The notes beneath the pieces were generated by a model. It made no database searches, was not told the DNA's origin, and saw only the letters and a list, made by a program, of their open reading frames with translations. Positions 46,956-60,209 of a stretch of DNA of 64,000 nucleotides are shown piece after piece (within the stretch, counting starts at the first letter, position 1; every line of letters begins with the position of its first letter). Both the position numbers and the translations under genes were made by a program. The stretch covers positions 62,001-126,000 of the forward strand of contig JAANOX010000251.1 of NCBI GenBank assembly GCA_020184695.1, in the 5' to 3' direction. This stretch comes from Histomonas meleagridis 2922-C6/04-290x (taxonomy: Eukaryota; Protista; Parabasalia).

Positions 46956-47735
46956 TTTAGGATAAAAATATGAAATTACTAATTTTGGAGGAATGATGTG
47001 CCAAAAGCTTATTGCATTGTTATCAAGATAATTGTTGAATGAAACCCATTGTGAAAAATGATTTATGTTGTTTGCTGTTTGAATATTTTGTGAAAATATT
47101 TGACTCTTTATGTGTTTAATCTGATCAATGCAATGTTATCAGTATTTGCTTTCGTTATGCACATATAATGTATGCTTTCGTTATGCACATGCAAGTTCGT
47201 TGTTTAATTTTCTGTGAGAGAATTAAAATAATATTTATTACGAATAAAAACATTGTTGCTGATATTTACGAAGAGGATGAAAGTGCCAATGTGAATTAAT
47301 AATACTATTATCGATTGAAAATATCCATCATATTTCATCGATTTGGTATATGCGTTTACAATATTGGGATTGGATTCGGCTTTTCCAAATAACCTCAAAT
47401 TTTTCATTATTCATGTGTGTAACAACTGTTGTTCAATGTGAAATGTGAGTTTTCATCGAAATTTTTTTGGATGTCAAGACAAGCACACGAAGCATTAGGT
47501 GACATGAGAAGATTTCATAAATGAATTGACTTGCTCACAAGTGAGGACTTGACATTTGAATGGAATTTAAGGGAAAACGACGAATACAACCAACTTTTTA
47601 TGAAAATGTCATTCAACTTTTGTGTGCTCATGTCAAAATCGTATCAAAACCGTTTTCTGACAATACGCTTAAAAAGTTTACAAAAAGCCAATTCAGAACG
47701 CAGCGACCGTTATGCACCAAATCACATTAATAATA

Positions 47736-50700
47736 TTACTGTTTATAAATTCCTAAATGTTTTTGGATCATAGATATCCTATATTCATTAAACCCAAATC
47801 TTTGAAAGTCCATTATTGACGCGTTCACAATGAACTGTGCCAAGAAGTCCATATCTTGCTTGTCCGTAGCTCTAATTACGTAATCATCAGACGCGAAGAA
47901 ACCCGCTGCGAACTCGAACATATTTTCGGCGTTAAATTTCATTGGCCATTTTTCACAAGCGAATCTCAAAAACTTTGCGATGAATTTGACATTAATGCAA
48001 TTTGATGTAGTATTTAATAATTGCAAAATATTATCGAATTCATTTTCTTGTGGTTGTAATTGATATATCATAACTATAGAACACCATAACATTACAGCAG
48101 AATCGATCATACCGTTTGGGTAATGAGATTCATTATTAATAACTTCATTTAACGATTCATTAATTACTTGTAAATATTGAACAATTAAATTCGGCTCAAC
48201 ATTTAACAAATAATTTATAGAGTCAAATGAACATGATCTATTATCAGTATACGAAGATTTAATCATTAAAATGTTTTGTGTTAATGCAACTTCAAATAAA
48301 TTATTTTTATATTCGGGAAATATCGTTAAAAGAAATGAAATTGTTCTAAACGAAGGACCTTTACAATATTTACTTTTGGTATTCGCAATGTTTAATACTA
48401 ACGCCAATATTGTTTCGACATATTGTTTCCCATCATAACCAATCTCAAGGAAAAATCGCATTATTGACGTCATTAAAGGTGTAACTATATAACGATTGAG
48501 TAAATTCTTTTTTTTGGACTCTTTATAAAATTGATTTTCTAACTTAAGTCCAATAACAATTTGTTCAACAATAATATTTCCACATTGAAGTAAAAGTTGT
48601 TTGTTGGAATTATATATGATTAATACCATTGTATTCCATATATCTATAAGTTCTTCTGTTGATTCGACTTCATTGATTTGACTTAAAAAGATTTGTATTA
48701 ATTCAGTCGAATCAATGTTCGCTTTATTAAACCCGGAAATTACTTCGGAAAATGAACGAATTGCATAATTTTTGATTTCTTCATTTGTTATCGATACTTG
48801 CAAAAGGTTTTTAATTGCTAAATATTGTTATGCAAATTGATCAATATAATAATTAAAGATCGTTGTTATAGTTAATAATATTTGACCTTTCATTTCAGTA
48901 TAAATTGCTAAAACTTTCAAATATTCATTGTATTGTTCATTATCATCTAAATCTTTTCCTTCTGAGAAATCTGGTGTTTCTTCATTAAATAATTGGATAT
49001 AACGACTTAAAAATTGATTAATAAATGGCGATATTGTTATTGTATAATTTTCGATTAATATTTGTAATGACGTCGAACATTTTAATATTAAATTATGATT
49101 ATTAGGATTTGATAATCCTTTAAATATGATTGTACATAATGATTCTAAATCATTACGTAATAATAATGGATTACTATGTGCAAAGGAACAATATGTTTGG
49201 ATTGAAACTGCATATGATGATTCACCCATTTTAATCAGTTGTGACAAATATGGTTGAATCGCTTGATAATATTGTGGTTGAATATCAGATATGGTTAAAA
49301 CGATTTGTGCTATTAATTGACACAATATTTCGATGTGATATGGATCACTTGATGATTTAAATTGTTCATAGATAATTGACAGGGTCTGTTCGATATTTTT
49401 CGGTTCTTTTGATGAATTATCATAAAGATTTGTTAATGTTGTTATTGCATTATCAGAGATAGGTATAACTTGTAATAAAAATCCTTCAAATATATCTATG
49501 ATTTGTGCTGATAATGATTCATCAGTTGATATAAATTTGTCAATTAATTGACATGATTTATCAATTAAGACTTTATTCCCTGATACTAATGATTTACCCA
49601 AGTTGTTCAAAAATATCAAAAATATCTAACACTTCTGCTTCAATTGAAACAAATATAGAATCAATAATCATAATAAAAACTAAATATGAAAATGGATCGT
49701 TGGAGTTCGTTAACATTTCAATGATTGGCACAAAAAGTGAAATAACCGTTTCTTCATCAAGCTCGTTTGAAACAAGCTCAAAGAAATTGGTTGGCGCTTC
49801 ATATTCATTAGTTTCAGGTGATTCTCGACATAAAACAAGAGAAAATTCAGTGAAATGTTTGATATAATCTTCAATGTTTCCTGCAAGTAACGAGACATCA
49901 TATTCAGCATATTCAAAAATTGTAAAGGCAGAAATACGAATCATAGGATCTAATTGATTATTAAGCAAAAGAGGAATAGTGACTTGGAATAAATCAACTA
50001 AAAATGTATGAACAAATTCTGGGAAACATTTAATACTTCGACATATCAGACGGAAGAATATAGATATTTCATTTGGGTTTTGATTGACATTAAATAGATA
50101 TTGGAAACGCTTATGAATTCCTTCTGAAATAAAAGATAATTGATCAAAAAATTGTTTGGCTAAATCTGGAAATCTAAAAATGTAATCAAAAATTTATATA
50201 CGTTATTTATTGTATCTGTTGTATCTGCTGACAAAAGTTGAGCTGCAACAGGTAATACTTTAATAAAGAAATCTGGAATTGTAATAAATATTTCTTCATA
50301 TAATGGAAGTAAAAGAGACGCTAAAAAGAAGCCGGTGCCTATTGTATTTTGGTTTTGGAAAAATGTATTCATTAAATCGAAAAATGGTCGTGGTGATAAT
50401 TTAATATGACTTTCAATAAGTAGTGCTGCTTGACAAATGTTTTCACGATAATTTGGAGTTTGAATTGTACAAGCAATTTGGAAATATTTTGGTTAAATAA
50501 GTGCCAATTTTTCTTTATCTGCTTCAAGAAAGTGGTTCTTAGTCCAAATGTAAATGAAATTTGTAGCATATAATTGTATGCTTTCTTCCTTAATATTTTC
50601 AACTATTGATATCAAAGGATAAATTAAATCAAGACTTGATAAAATTTGACTAAACTGTTCAGAAGCATTTTGTGCAAGAGCAGGGTTTGAATTATCTCTC

Positions 50701-50744
50701 ATTTGTGCCCATAACTGTAAAATTTGATTGCATGAGTTCTCCAT
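47736..50744 (-). pseudogene. Importin-beta-like HEAT protein pseudogene (2 nonsense codons, 2 frameshifts)
   Basis: Five ORF pieces join through TAA at 50493 and 48828 and 1-nt homopolymer indels near 50190 and 49595. Confidence 0.75.
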
Positions 50745-51129
50745 TAAAATTTGGTGAAGTCAAAAACCGAAAATTGTATTCAATTTATTTGTGGCCGAAG
50801 AAACAAAACACTTGAATATCTCTATTTTCATTGCATTTCAGACAGCAATTATTAATAACAACATGTTATTTTAAGCTAATGCACATACATTTGATTACAA
50901 AAGAAAATTTGTATATTAAATATCAATTGAAAATTCTATTTTTACTTTTAACTTATGTTCATCACATTTTTTATGTTATTAAAACAAATACACTCACATA
51001 TTCATATTTGAAAATTGAAAAGAATTTTTGGAATTTCTTTCATACTTTTATGTATTTGTGTTCAAGCGCTGTTGTAATGAGAGTTTACATGTTTTTGAAT
51101 TGACCCTAAGATTTCATTAAAACCTTTTT

Positions 51130-51290
51130 CTTTCGCGATGAATGATTTTCTTTTTGTTCATATAAATGAATTATCTCTAAGTTCCCGCCTGCAACTGCAT
51201 ATTTGCCTGTTTTGTTTACATTTTCTCCATTCATAAATATTTAAAACATTTAATTGAAGAAATAAAGCAACTTCATTTACTTGTTCGATT
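51130..51290 (-). pseudogene. Small DUF3447-like fragment
   Basis: Reads SSIKCFKYL..GKYAVAGGNLEIIHLYEQ across broken frames. Confidence 0.7.
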
Positions 51291-51368
51291 CCAATTCGTT
51301 TAATTTTATAAATCACCATCATTAGTATGAATCATTGTCCACACTTCTTCAAAAAAAGTCAAAATTGA

Positions 51369-51915
51369 ATGCCCACGAAAAAGCGCCCTCAAGAAATCCT
51401 CCTTTTTTTTTCTTGGCGATCATTCCTCAGGAAAAACTCTATTGATTTACAGGTATGTTTATGGTGAAGTCCCAAGTTTTGTTCCAGAGTTTTTTAATAG
51501 CTATAGGGGGTTTATCAAAATCAATAATTCTGTGTATTCATTTACTCCATGGGATACCGATGGTATCGATTATTTCATAGAAAATTATCTGTTTTCTATT
51601 TCAAACACAGATATTATTATGCTTTGTTTTTCAATTGTTGACAAGTTATCTTTTGATAATATTCAAACAAAATGGTATCCAGCAATCAAAAAGGCTTCTC
51701 AGAAGCCAGAAATTCGGCTAATTGGGACAAAATCAGATTTAAAAAAATCCATATCACCTGCTCAATGCATTCATAAAGATGAAGCAGTAAATTTGGCTAA
51801 AGAAATTAATGCGTTTGATTATGTTGAATGTTCATCTTTTTTAAATGATGGTGTAATGCAGGTTTTTGATTTAGCATTTAGAAAGGCTGTACAAAATATA
51901 AATAAAAAAAGATAA
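51369..51915 (+). CDS. Atypical Rho/Rac-like small GTPase with a +1 indel in a T9 run (51403-51411)
   Basis: MPTKKRPQEILLFF|LGDHSSGKT, WDTDG, KWYPAI, IGTKSD, YVECSS; no CAAX. Confidence 0.8.
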
Positions 51916-52199
51916 AATGAATTTAATGTTATATATGTTTAAAAAAGTTATTGATTTGAATAATGATTTTTGTTTTATAATGTTTTTAAAAAACCAAATA
52001 TTTAGCATGAAAGAAAAAGAAGAATTCAAAATTTCTTTATAATATATATATATATAACATATAAATTTTAAAAAATTAAATATTTCATTTTTATTAAAGA
52101 GAAGCTTCTATGATTAATGAATAACATGATGCTTTAGAAAGCATATGAAATCAAATAAGTAAATCATGAAACACTCACACGCATAAAATTTCAACATTT

Positions 52200-55100
52200 T
52201 TACTCATGAGTTTCATGTTCATTAAACAAATTGATTATATCCTTGAAATCATTTCTAGTTGCAATAGTAAGTGCCGTCCAAAATATTTTAAATAATTACC
52301 AAATCTTATTTTGAAATATTGAATTATTAAAATAAATATTAAATAAAACGAATAAATATCTTTTACATTAATATCAATTCCTTCTTGTTCAAGAAGTAAT
52401 TTAACGATTTCTGTGTTATCAAATAAAGATGCTTTCATAATTGCTGTGTCAAATAATTTGAATAATTTCCAAACATTATTTTTGAATTTTATATTATTAA
52501 GTTAAATATTAAATAAAATGAATAAATATCTGTTTCGTTAATGTCAATTCCTTCTTGATCAAGAAGTAATTTGACGATTTTTATATGACCTTTACAAGAT
52601 GCATTCATAAGTGCTGTGTCAAATAATTTGAATAATTTCCAAATATTACTTATAAACTTCAAATTATTAATATAAATATTAGTTTTGGCATTAACATCAA
52701 TTCCTTCTTGTTCAAGAAGTAATTTAACTATCTCTATATAGCCATCGTAAGATGCATAAATAAGTGCTGTCCTAAATAATTTAAATAATTTCCAAACATA
52801 ATAATAAAACAAAAAATAAATAAAATAAATTCCAAATAAAACAAACAAAAATTTTTTGCATTAACATCAATTCCTTTATGTTTAACAAGTAATTTAACTA
52901 CTTCTAATTTGCCTACATAAGATGCCTTTATAAGTGCTGTATTAAATAATTTAAATAATTTCCAAATATTATTTTGAAATATCAAATTATTAAAATAAAC
53001 ATTAAATAAAACAAATAAATATCTTGAGCATTAACATCAATATCTTCTTGTTCAAGAAGTAATTTAACAATTTCTATGAAACCTTTTAAAGATGCAATAA
53101 TAAGTGCTGTTTTAAATAATTTAAATAATTTCCAAATATTATTTTGAAATATCAAATAAAACAAATAAATATCTTTAGCATTAATATCAATTCCTTTTTT
53201 TTCAAGAAGTAATTTAACTATTTTTGTATGACCAAGTGATGTTGCTTTCAAAAGTTCTTTTTCATATATTGTAAGCAATTTCTAAATATCATTTTGAAAT
53301 CCAAAATTATCAAAATAAATATACAATTGATAAAATATATTTTTTTAGTGTTGTTATCAATGTCTTTATGTTCAAGAAGTAAATTGAATATTTTTAGATA
53401 ATTAACATCATACATATTTAGATACATAAATACGGGTTTAAATAATTATAATAATTTCCAAATATTATGTTGAAATATCAAATTATTAAAATAAACATTA
53501 AATTATTCAAATGAATATCTTTAGCATTAATATCAATTCCTTCTTGTTCAAGAAGTAATTTAACGATTTCTGTATGACCACGATAACATGCTTTCATTAG
53601 TGCTGTATTAAATAATTTATATAATTTCCAAATAATGTTTTGAAATAGAAAATTATCATAATAAATATTAAATAAAGCAAATAAAAATTTTTAGCATTAA
53701 TATCAATTCCTTCTTGTTCAAGAAGTAATTTAACTATTTCAATGTTACAAAATTGACATGAATACATAAGTGCAGTATAAAATATTTAAAACAATTTCCA
53801 AATATTCTTTTAAAATTTGGAATTATTAAAATAAATTTTATCTTTAGCATTAATATCAATTCCTTTTTGCTCAATTAGTAATTTAATTGTTTCATTTTTT
53901 TGATGATAACAAGCGCTTAAAAGTGCGGCTTGAAATATTTAAAATAATTTCCAAATATTTTTTTGAAATATCATATTATAATACTAAATTTTATCTTTAG
54001 CATTAATATTAATTCCTTCTTGATCAAGAAGTAACTTAACTATTTCTGTACTACCATTTCCAGATGCTCTTATAAGTGATGTTTTAAATATTTTAAATAA
54101 TTTCCAAATATTCTTTTGAAATATCAAATTATAAAACTAAATTTTATCTTTCGCATTAAAATCAATTCCTTTTTGTTCAAGAAGTAATTTAACTGTGTTT
54201 ATCTTGTTATTTTCTACTGCAGTGATAAGTGGTGTAATAAATAAATAATATAATTTCCATATATTATTTTTTGATATCAAATTATTAAAACAAATATTAA
54301 ATAAAAACAAATAAAAATTTGCAGCATTAATTTCAATTCCATTTTTTTCAAGGAGTAATTTAACTATTTTAAAGAATCCTCTTGAAGATGCTAATAAAAA
54401 TGCTGAATTAAATATCATAAAAAACTTCCATCAAATTGTGAAAACAAATATTAAATAAAACAAATATTTATCTTTAGCATTAATATTAATCCCTCTTTGA
54501 TTAAGAAGTATTTTAACTATTTCTATATGACCTCTTGAAGCTGCAAATATGAGTGGTGTTTCAAATCATTTAAATAATTTCCAAATGTTATTTTGAAATC
54601 CAAAATTCTCAAAATTAATTTTAATTAAAACATAAAAACATATTTACAATTAACATTAATACCTCTTACTTTAATTAGGTATTGTATCAAGCCTACATAT
54701 CCTTTTTGCGATGCACTTAAAAAAAGACTTTCAAATTAATTAAATATATTTTAAATTAATGAAAAAAATATAAAACAAAGTTAATAAATACTCTTTTGAC
54801 TTAAATCAATATATTTATTATTCACAAGGAAGCTAAAAAGTTCATCATTCCATGAAATAATTGTGATCTTTGGGAAATTTATTGATATTGGATTTATTCC
54901 AAGTAAATATTGTGCAAGAAATATGTTACCTGTATTAATTGACTCTATGATAAGAGACTCATCAATCTTCATTCCATTATCCATTAAAAAAGAAACTTTT
55001 CAAAAAAATATTTCAAGATTTCATTTCGATGGAATTCAATTATTATTTCATAATCATTTTTAAACAATACATGATTTTGTTCACATAAATGAATTATCTC

Positions 55101-55928
55101 TAAATTTCCTCCTGCGATTGCATATTTACCTGTATCTGTTAATTTAGAATTATTTAATAATAAAAATTTAAAACATTTTACTGATCCAAAAAATGCTGAA
55201 TAATTAATCAATGAAACATTTTCTTGATTAATAAATGAATATCTTTCATAAAGCGATGGTTTAATAGTTTGGTTAAAATCAAAATCATTTTCTGATGATA
55301 TTTCTTGAAGCTTTTCAATTTCATCATATCGAATTATCTTTGCAATCTCATTTGGATTAATTCCTTCTTCAACTAATTTCTTATGAAGTTCCCAATCGTT
55401 TTGTTGAAGTTTTGTAATGTTTTGAATAAAGGATTTATGAAATGGATCACGTTCGAATTTGTTAATTTTTTCAGGTGAAACAAAATGCGCAAAATATAAT
55501 GATGTTTTCTTTTTGTAACACTTAGGATTAAGTATTTGTTTTTCAATCATCTTTTCAATAAGATAATTTGATTCTTGACTTTGAATAGAAAAGAGATATT
55601 GTGCAAACACATCAAAAACTTTGTAATTTGTTTTGGTGCCAATTTCCGCTTCAAATTTTTGTAAATATTCGAAACATATTTTTAAAGAACCTTGTGAAAG
55701 AAAATATGAATATACAATTTTACAAGTAATGAAAATAAATGAGTAATGGAATTCATCAGTAATGTATTTTAATGAAAATTGAACTGATTCATCAATGTTT
55801 TGAGGATTTAAATTAAAAATAATATTCTCAAGGTCTTGCAAAATTCGAAGATTTTCATCGTATTTATCTGATATTTGAATTTTTTCGTTTCCTATAAGAT
55901 TAAAGATGAATTCTTTTATTTTTTCCAT
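52200..55928 (-). CDS. Second DUF3447-like/ankyrin gene with 16 insert-containing junctions; out-of-frame deletion near 55000 (possible pseudogene)
   Basis: N-terminal ORF 54984..55928, then MDNG..DLSQKS and 16 ankyrin cores. Removing the 17-mers gives a continuous frame to TAA at 52200-52202. Confidence 0.8.
52278..54789 (-). repeat. Ankyrin array with spacers of 80 (x8), 63 (x5), 60 (x2) and 81 (x1) nt
   Basis: Counted between the Asp-position and Thr-position codons of each repeat. All lengths parse as [17-mer + codon] modules, with some modules missing. Confidence 0.9.
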
Positions 55929-56529
55929 TACAATGTTATGGGTAAAACAATGGAATAAAATGAATGCAAAACAATCGTCATATCCCCAGAAAATTTAAAT
56001 TAAAGTTTGGTCAAACAAACAGTGTCATCGAATAATGTAAATTATTTAAAAAGTGATCGATTCAAATATTTTCAGAATCCGGCTTTTTGGATTAATTTTA
56101 ATCGTTGAAATATTTTGAAGGCAACTTAATTTCATTGTTTCGAGGAAAAAGAAGAATATAAAATCAATGGTATTTAAAAACGTTAAAATGAAAAAAAATG
56201 TATCGCTTCTCTATTCCGATAGGAGAATTTGAGAAAAATTTTATCAGAAACCCCAATAAATGCGACGTCTTGAACGTACTTTCCAGTCATTGGTCTTTTA
56301 CAGTAACTGTAAGTGATTTTTTGTAACCTCATGAAAAGTGCGATTTTTTATCCGGCGGTTACTCCCGCAAAAAGTCAAAAAGTGATGTTATGTAAACCTC
56401 TATCGGCATGACCAAAATTAGGCTCAGAATTTTGTGTACTATAAAATTTTCACTCTGTCAAAAAAACGGCTGAAATCAGAAATTGACCACTCTGGAGTGA
56501 GGTGGTATTTCAAAGGGGTTTTTTGGTAA

Positions 56530-58478
56530 ATGTTTCTGTTCCTTTTTGTTGCACATCTTTTTGCTTTGGATCCAACACTTGAGCCTGACTTCAGCAACTC
56601 ATTTCACTTCCTGAAGACAGGTATTCGCGGCGGAATTGCCGGAGAAGATAGAAATATTGTTCCTGCTTGGAATAAGAATTTTACTGGCAAAGGGATTCAC
56701 ATCACGCTACTTGATGCTGGTTGCCAATACAATCACTCTGATTTAATTGACAATTTTGTTCTAGAAAAAAGCTGGAATGCACTTACAAATGAAACTGATC
56801 CTTTCTTCAAATGCAAAGAGCCAACACACGGCACAGCCACAGCAGGTCTTGCAGTTGGTGCAGCTAATGGTGTTGCTAGCATTGGTTCAGCACCAGGTGC
56901 TAATTTTCATCTCTTACTATAGACATTGATTGGGAAACATATGGCAACATTGATCTTCCCGTTCTTCTTGATATCTATCATCATACTTATTATGATATTC
57001 TTTCGTGTTCGCTCGGTCTTGAAGGACTTTTGCGCGATGGTGTAATTTATTATCATCAATATCGTAGCACAAATTAATGATCCAAACAATGAACTTTGGC
57101 AACGTAATGCCGCTGGTTATTTATATCATCCAATATTAGGTTTTGGACGTGTCGATGCTGATTTAGCATTAACAACAGCTCAAAATTGGGTCAATGTATT
57201 AGAAGAAGTAGAAATTACATCTCTTAGTTCAATTCAAACTCGAGTTAATCATGCATGTGAAAATTGGACTGAATTTGATATTACCGTGAATGATTCGATC
57301 GAATTCATTGAACACATTTATTTGGAATTTGATCTCAACACTTCAGAAGTTCAATTTGTATTCATTTGATTTCTCCTCAAGGAACAGAAAGAACTATCCT
57401 TGAACCATGTCCAGTACTTGGTGATCATCATCCTGATGATTTAACATTCCAATTTGGAATTCGAAGTTTCTTTGGTGAATCGACTAAAGGTACATGGAAA
57501 ATCAAAATTAGATATGAAGCATATATCACAAATGTTCAAATCTCTCATGTTTCATTAATTTTCCATGGGTTAAAAGAAAAGCCTAATTTACCAAGTATAA
57601 CTGGAAGACAAACAGCTAAAAATGTAGCAATACCTGATAATGGAAAACCAACAAATGAAAATGAATCAATTACAGTAACAAATGCTGTTTGCGGTGAGAA
57701 AATGAAAATTGAAGTCAAGACTGAGAGAAAAGCTGCTTTACCTGTTTTAATTGTTGATCCTTCAACTGGTTTAACAACTGATTTTACTTATATACATGAT
57801 AATAAAGTCATTGAAGTAGATACGCCATGTGTATATAAGGATGGCATCGAACTTTATGTTTCTGCACGGACTATTGGTGAAGAAACAGTAATTTCTACTC
57901 CTGTTGTGTTTAGTAATCGGAAAGAAACTTTAGGAATTAATTCTCCTCAAAAATATGAGAAAATTAGATTCAATAATAGCGGAAATCCAATATTAAAGTT
58001 AATGTGGGTAAGAAAAGATGAAAAGCCTAAAAATGGTGGTTGTCAACAAATGGCTGCAATCTCTGTAGTTGATTTCGATACTGGTAATGTGATTGCTTCA
58101 AAAAGAGTCGTCGATTTAGGGAATACAGAAATCGAATTACAAAAGGAATCACATCCAAGATGCGTTGTTTCAATTGCTCCTGTAAAAGAATCTAATGTGG
58201 ATCCTTGCGCAGTTTTGGTCCAGAAGTTTAGTTTGTTGAATGAAAATGATGATGATAACGTAGGTAATTTCGATTTATGGTATCCAAATGATACAAAATG
58301 TTTCAACAATAACGACCAAACTGATGATAATAAAAATAATAAGACTGGTCTAATAGTAGGTGTAACAATCACATGCGTCGTCGTAGTTGCTCTCATCGCC
58401 GTTGGTGTGGTGTGTTATTTGAAGAAACGCAAGGAGAAACTTACAGGTTCGACTTTAAAAGAGGACTTTCACATATAA
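56530..58478 (+). pseudogene. Kexin/furin-like proprotein convertase homologue (signal peptide, partial S8, P-domain, TM), disrupted
   Basis: GKGIHITLLDAG, HGTATAG, APGA, WQRNAAG..HPILGFGRVDA and P-domain FFGESTKGTWKI are present. There are frameshifts near 56905 and 57365. Confidence 0.75.
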
Positions 58479-58664
58479 CTGTTGATGGTTCAAATACACT
58501 CTGGTATGTATATGACACACAAAAAATGGAGTAAATAACAGAAAAAAGCTTTTGAAGCAAAACAAGTATTTCACTAAAAAGTACATGTCACCACATCTTC
58601 TTGATTTTAAAATATTTCACATTGCATACTATTTAGATAGAACTATTTTGATTTTATGCTGAAG

Positions 58665-58747
58665 ACAGCCGATAGAGAATTCAAAGCAGTAAACCATATA
58701 ATTATTATGTAAATCAACTATCGTCAATAGAATTTTCTATCGGCTGT
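58665..58747. repeat. 17-bp imperfect inverted repeat (16/17) with a 49-nt loop
   Basis: acagccgatagagaatt (58665-58681) and aattttctatcggctgt (58731-58747). Confidence 0.7.
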
Positions 58748-58890
58748 TCACAGATTTATTATAATATTGTTTTTATTTCACTATGGAAAAATTCTTTATT
58801 AAATAAAAGATATAGCCCGGAGTGTTATTACTAATTAAAATATCCATTCGCTATCATTTAAATATATATAATAATAATATATAAACAGAT

Positions 58891-59907
58891 TTACTTCCGC
58901 CAATTTTTGAACAATTTCGGACAGCATGCATAACAAGGACAAAAGTTCCCATAGTTGAAAGTTCCTCTCACGAGTTCTGCCTGCGTCAAATCTTCCACAT
59001 CTTCCAATATTTCCAATGCGTTCCATTTAGTTTCATAAATGCTTTTCTGGTTTCCGACATCAGTTCCAACATCTTCCATCCAACGGAAGTGCGCTACAAA
59101 TAGATAACGCATGAAACTATGATATTCTTCAACATGAAAAACAATGTTATCCCAAATCAAAAGAAGATTTTCAGGACAATGAACTTCAGTAAAGAAACTC
59201 GTCTCCCATTCAATGGCAATGTTTATTAGGTCAACACCTTTGCGAAGTGCTTCTTTTTCGATGTTAGGTGAATAATTATGAATCATTTGCTTGAGCTTAT
59301 TATAATGATCATCAGTAAGCGAAAGATGATCAGCTTGCTCAGAAAAGCGGATGATGGAAATGATTGAACTAAAAAGATGGTAGCCAAGTGATTCGGCAAA
59401 AAAGTTGGATAATCCCGAATCAATGGAAAATGAAAGTGAAAGTAAATATGTAATATAGCAAATGGGAATATGTAAAACAGAAAACTTGTAGCCACTGTTC
59501 TCTTTCATATAAACAGAATATATTCTACGAACTCGTAATAAAGAATCTTGAATATAATAAGAGTCAATATTAAGAACACAGGCAAATGATTGAAACCAAA
59601 GAAGCTTGCTTTCTGTAGCTTGAATTATTTGAGATGATATATTAGGATTATTCCAACAATCTTCAAAATATCTTTTAGAGGCTTTTTCATAGAATTCTCC
59701 AAACTCTAAGAGAGTTGGGATCCATTTTTTTCTCTGGGGAGACATTTTTTTGAGCCCAATTAAGTAACAAATAAATCGAATATGATTTGGCTTATTGAGT
59801 TCTACCTTATTTAAAAATCGAAGAACATCAACCATATTGAATATTTCGCCGCTACTTCGACACAGTGCATCAGATATTTCTTGTTCTGTTGGAAACTTTT
59901 CGCACAT
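58891..59907 (-). CDS. TBC (Rab-GAP)-like domain protein
   Basis: Helical pattern with WETSFFTEVH..LLLIWDNIV..FMRYLFVAHF, resembling a TBC C-terminus. Confidence 0.6.
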   Translation of the reverse strand: MCEKFPTEQEISDALCRSSGEIFNMVDVLRFLNKVELNKPNHIRFICYLIGLKKMSPQRKKWIPTLLEFGEFYEKASKRYFEDCWNNPNISSQIIQATESKLLWFQSFACVLNIDSYYIQDSLLRVRRIYSVYMKENSGYKFSVLHIPICYITYLLSLSFSIDSGLSNFFAESLGYHLFSSIISIIRFSEQADHLSLTDDHYNKLKQMIHNYSPNIEKEALRKGVDLINIAIEWETSFFTEVHCPENLLLIWDNIVFHVEEYHSFMRYLFVAHFRWMEDVGTDVGNQKSIYETKWNALEILEDVEDLTQAELVRGTFNYGNFCPCYACCPKLFKNWRK

Positions 59908-60209
59908 TTTGTAGTGGTTCTTACGTAAGAAATACGATCAATTTTTTGCAAAAATCAAATAAAAAAGTTCATTTTCTAGTCACATTTAAAGATATTTACT
60001 ATTAGTACGCACACCACAACATATTAAGCAAGTAATAAATGTATTATAACCAGATTTTACTAATCTGTTGTTTAAATTTATAAATTGCTTCAATCTAATT
60101 TTTCTTAAAAAATGCCTTTATTCACTTTACTTTTAATCAAGCTTTAGAAATTCTCTAATATAAGTTTGCATGGAATCATTATTAATATGATTATTAAAAA
60201 AAACTTTAT

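Noticed and set aside
47736-50744. Genetic-code reassignment (TAA=Gln or TGA=Trp)
   Set aside because: Intact genes in the window terminate at TAA and TGA, and the internal stops co-occur with frameshifts.
54975-55030. Frameshift in ankyrin gene 2 as another 17-nt insert
   Set aside because: No consensus 17-mer yields an open frame, and about 20 codons are missing relative to gene 1, so this is a deletion.
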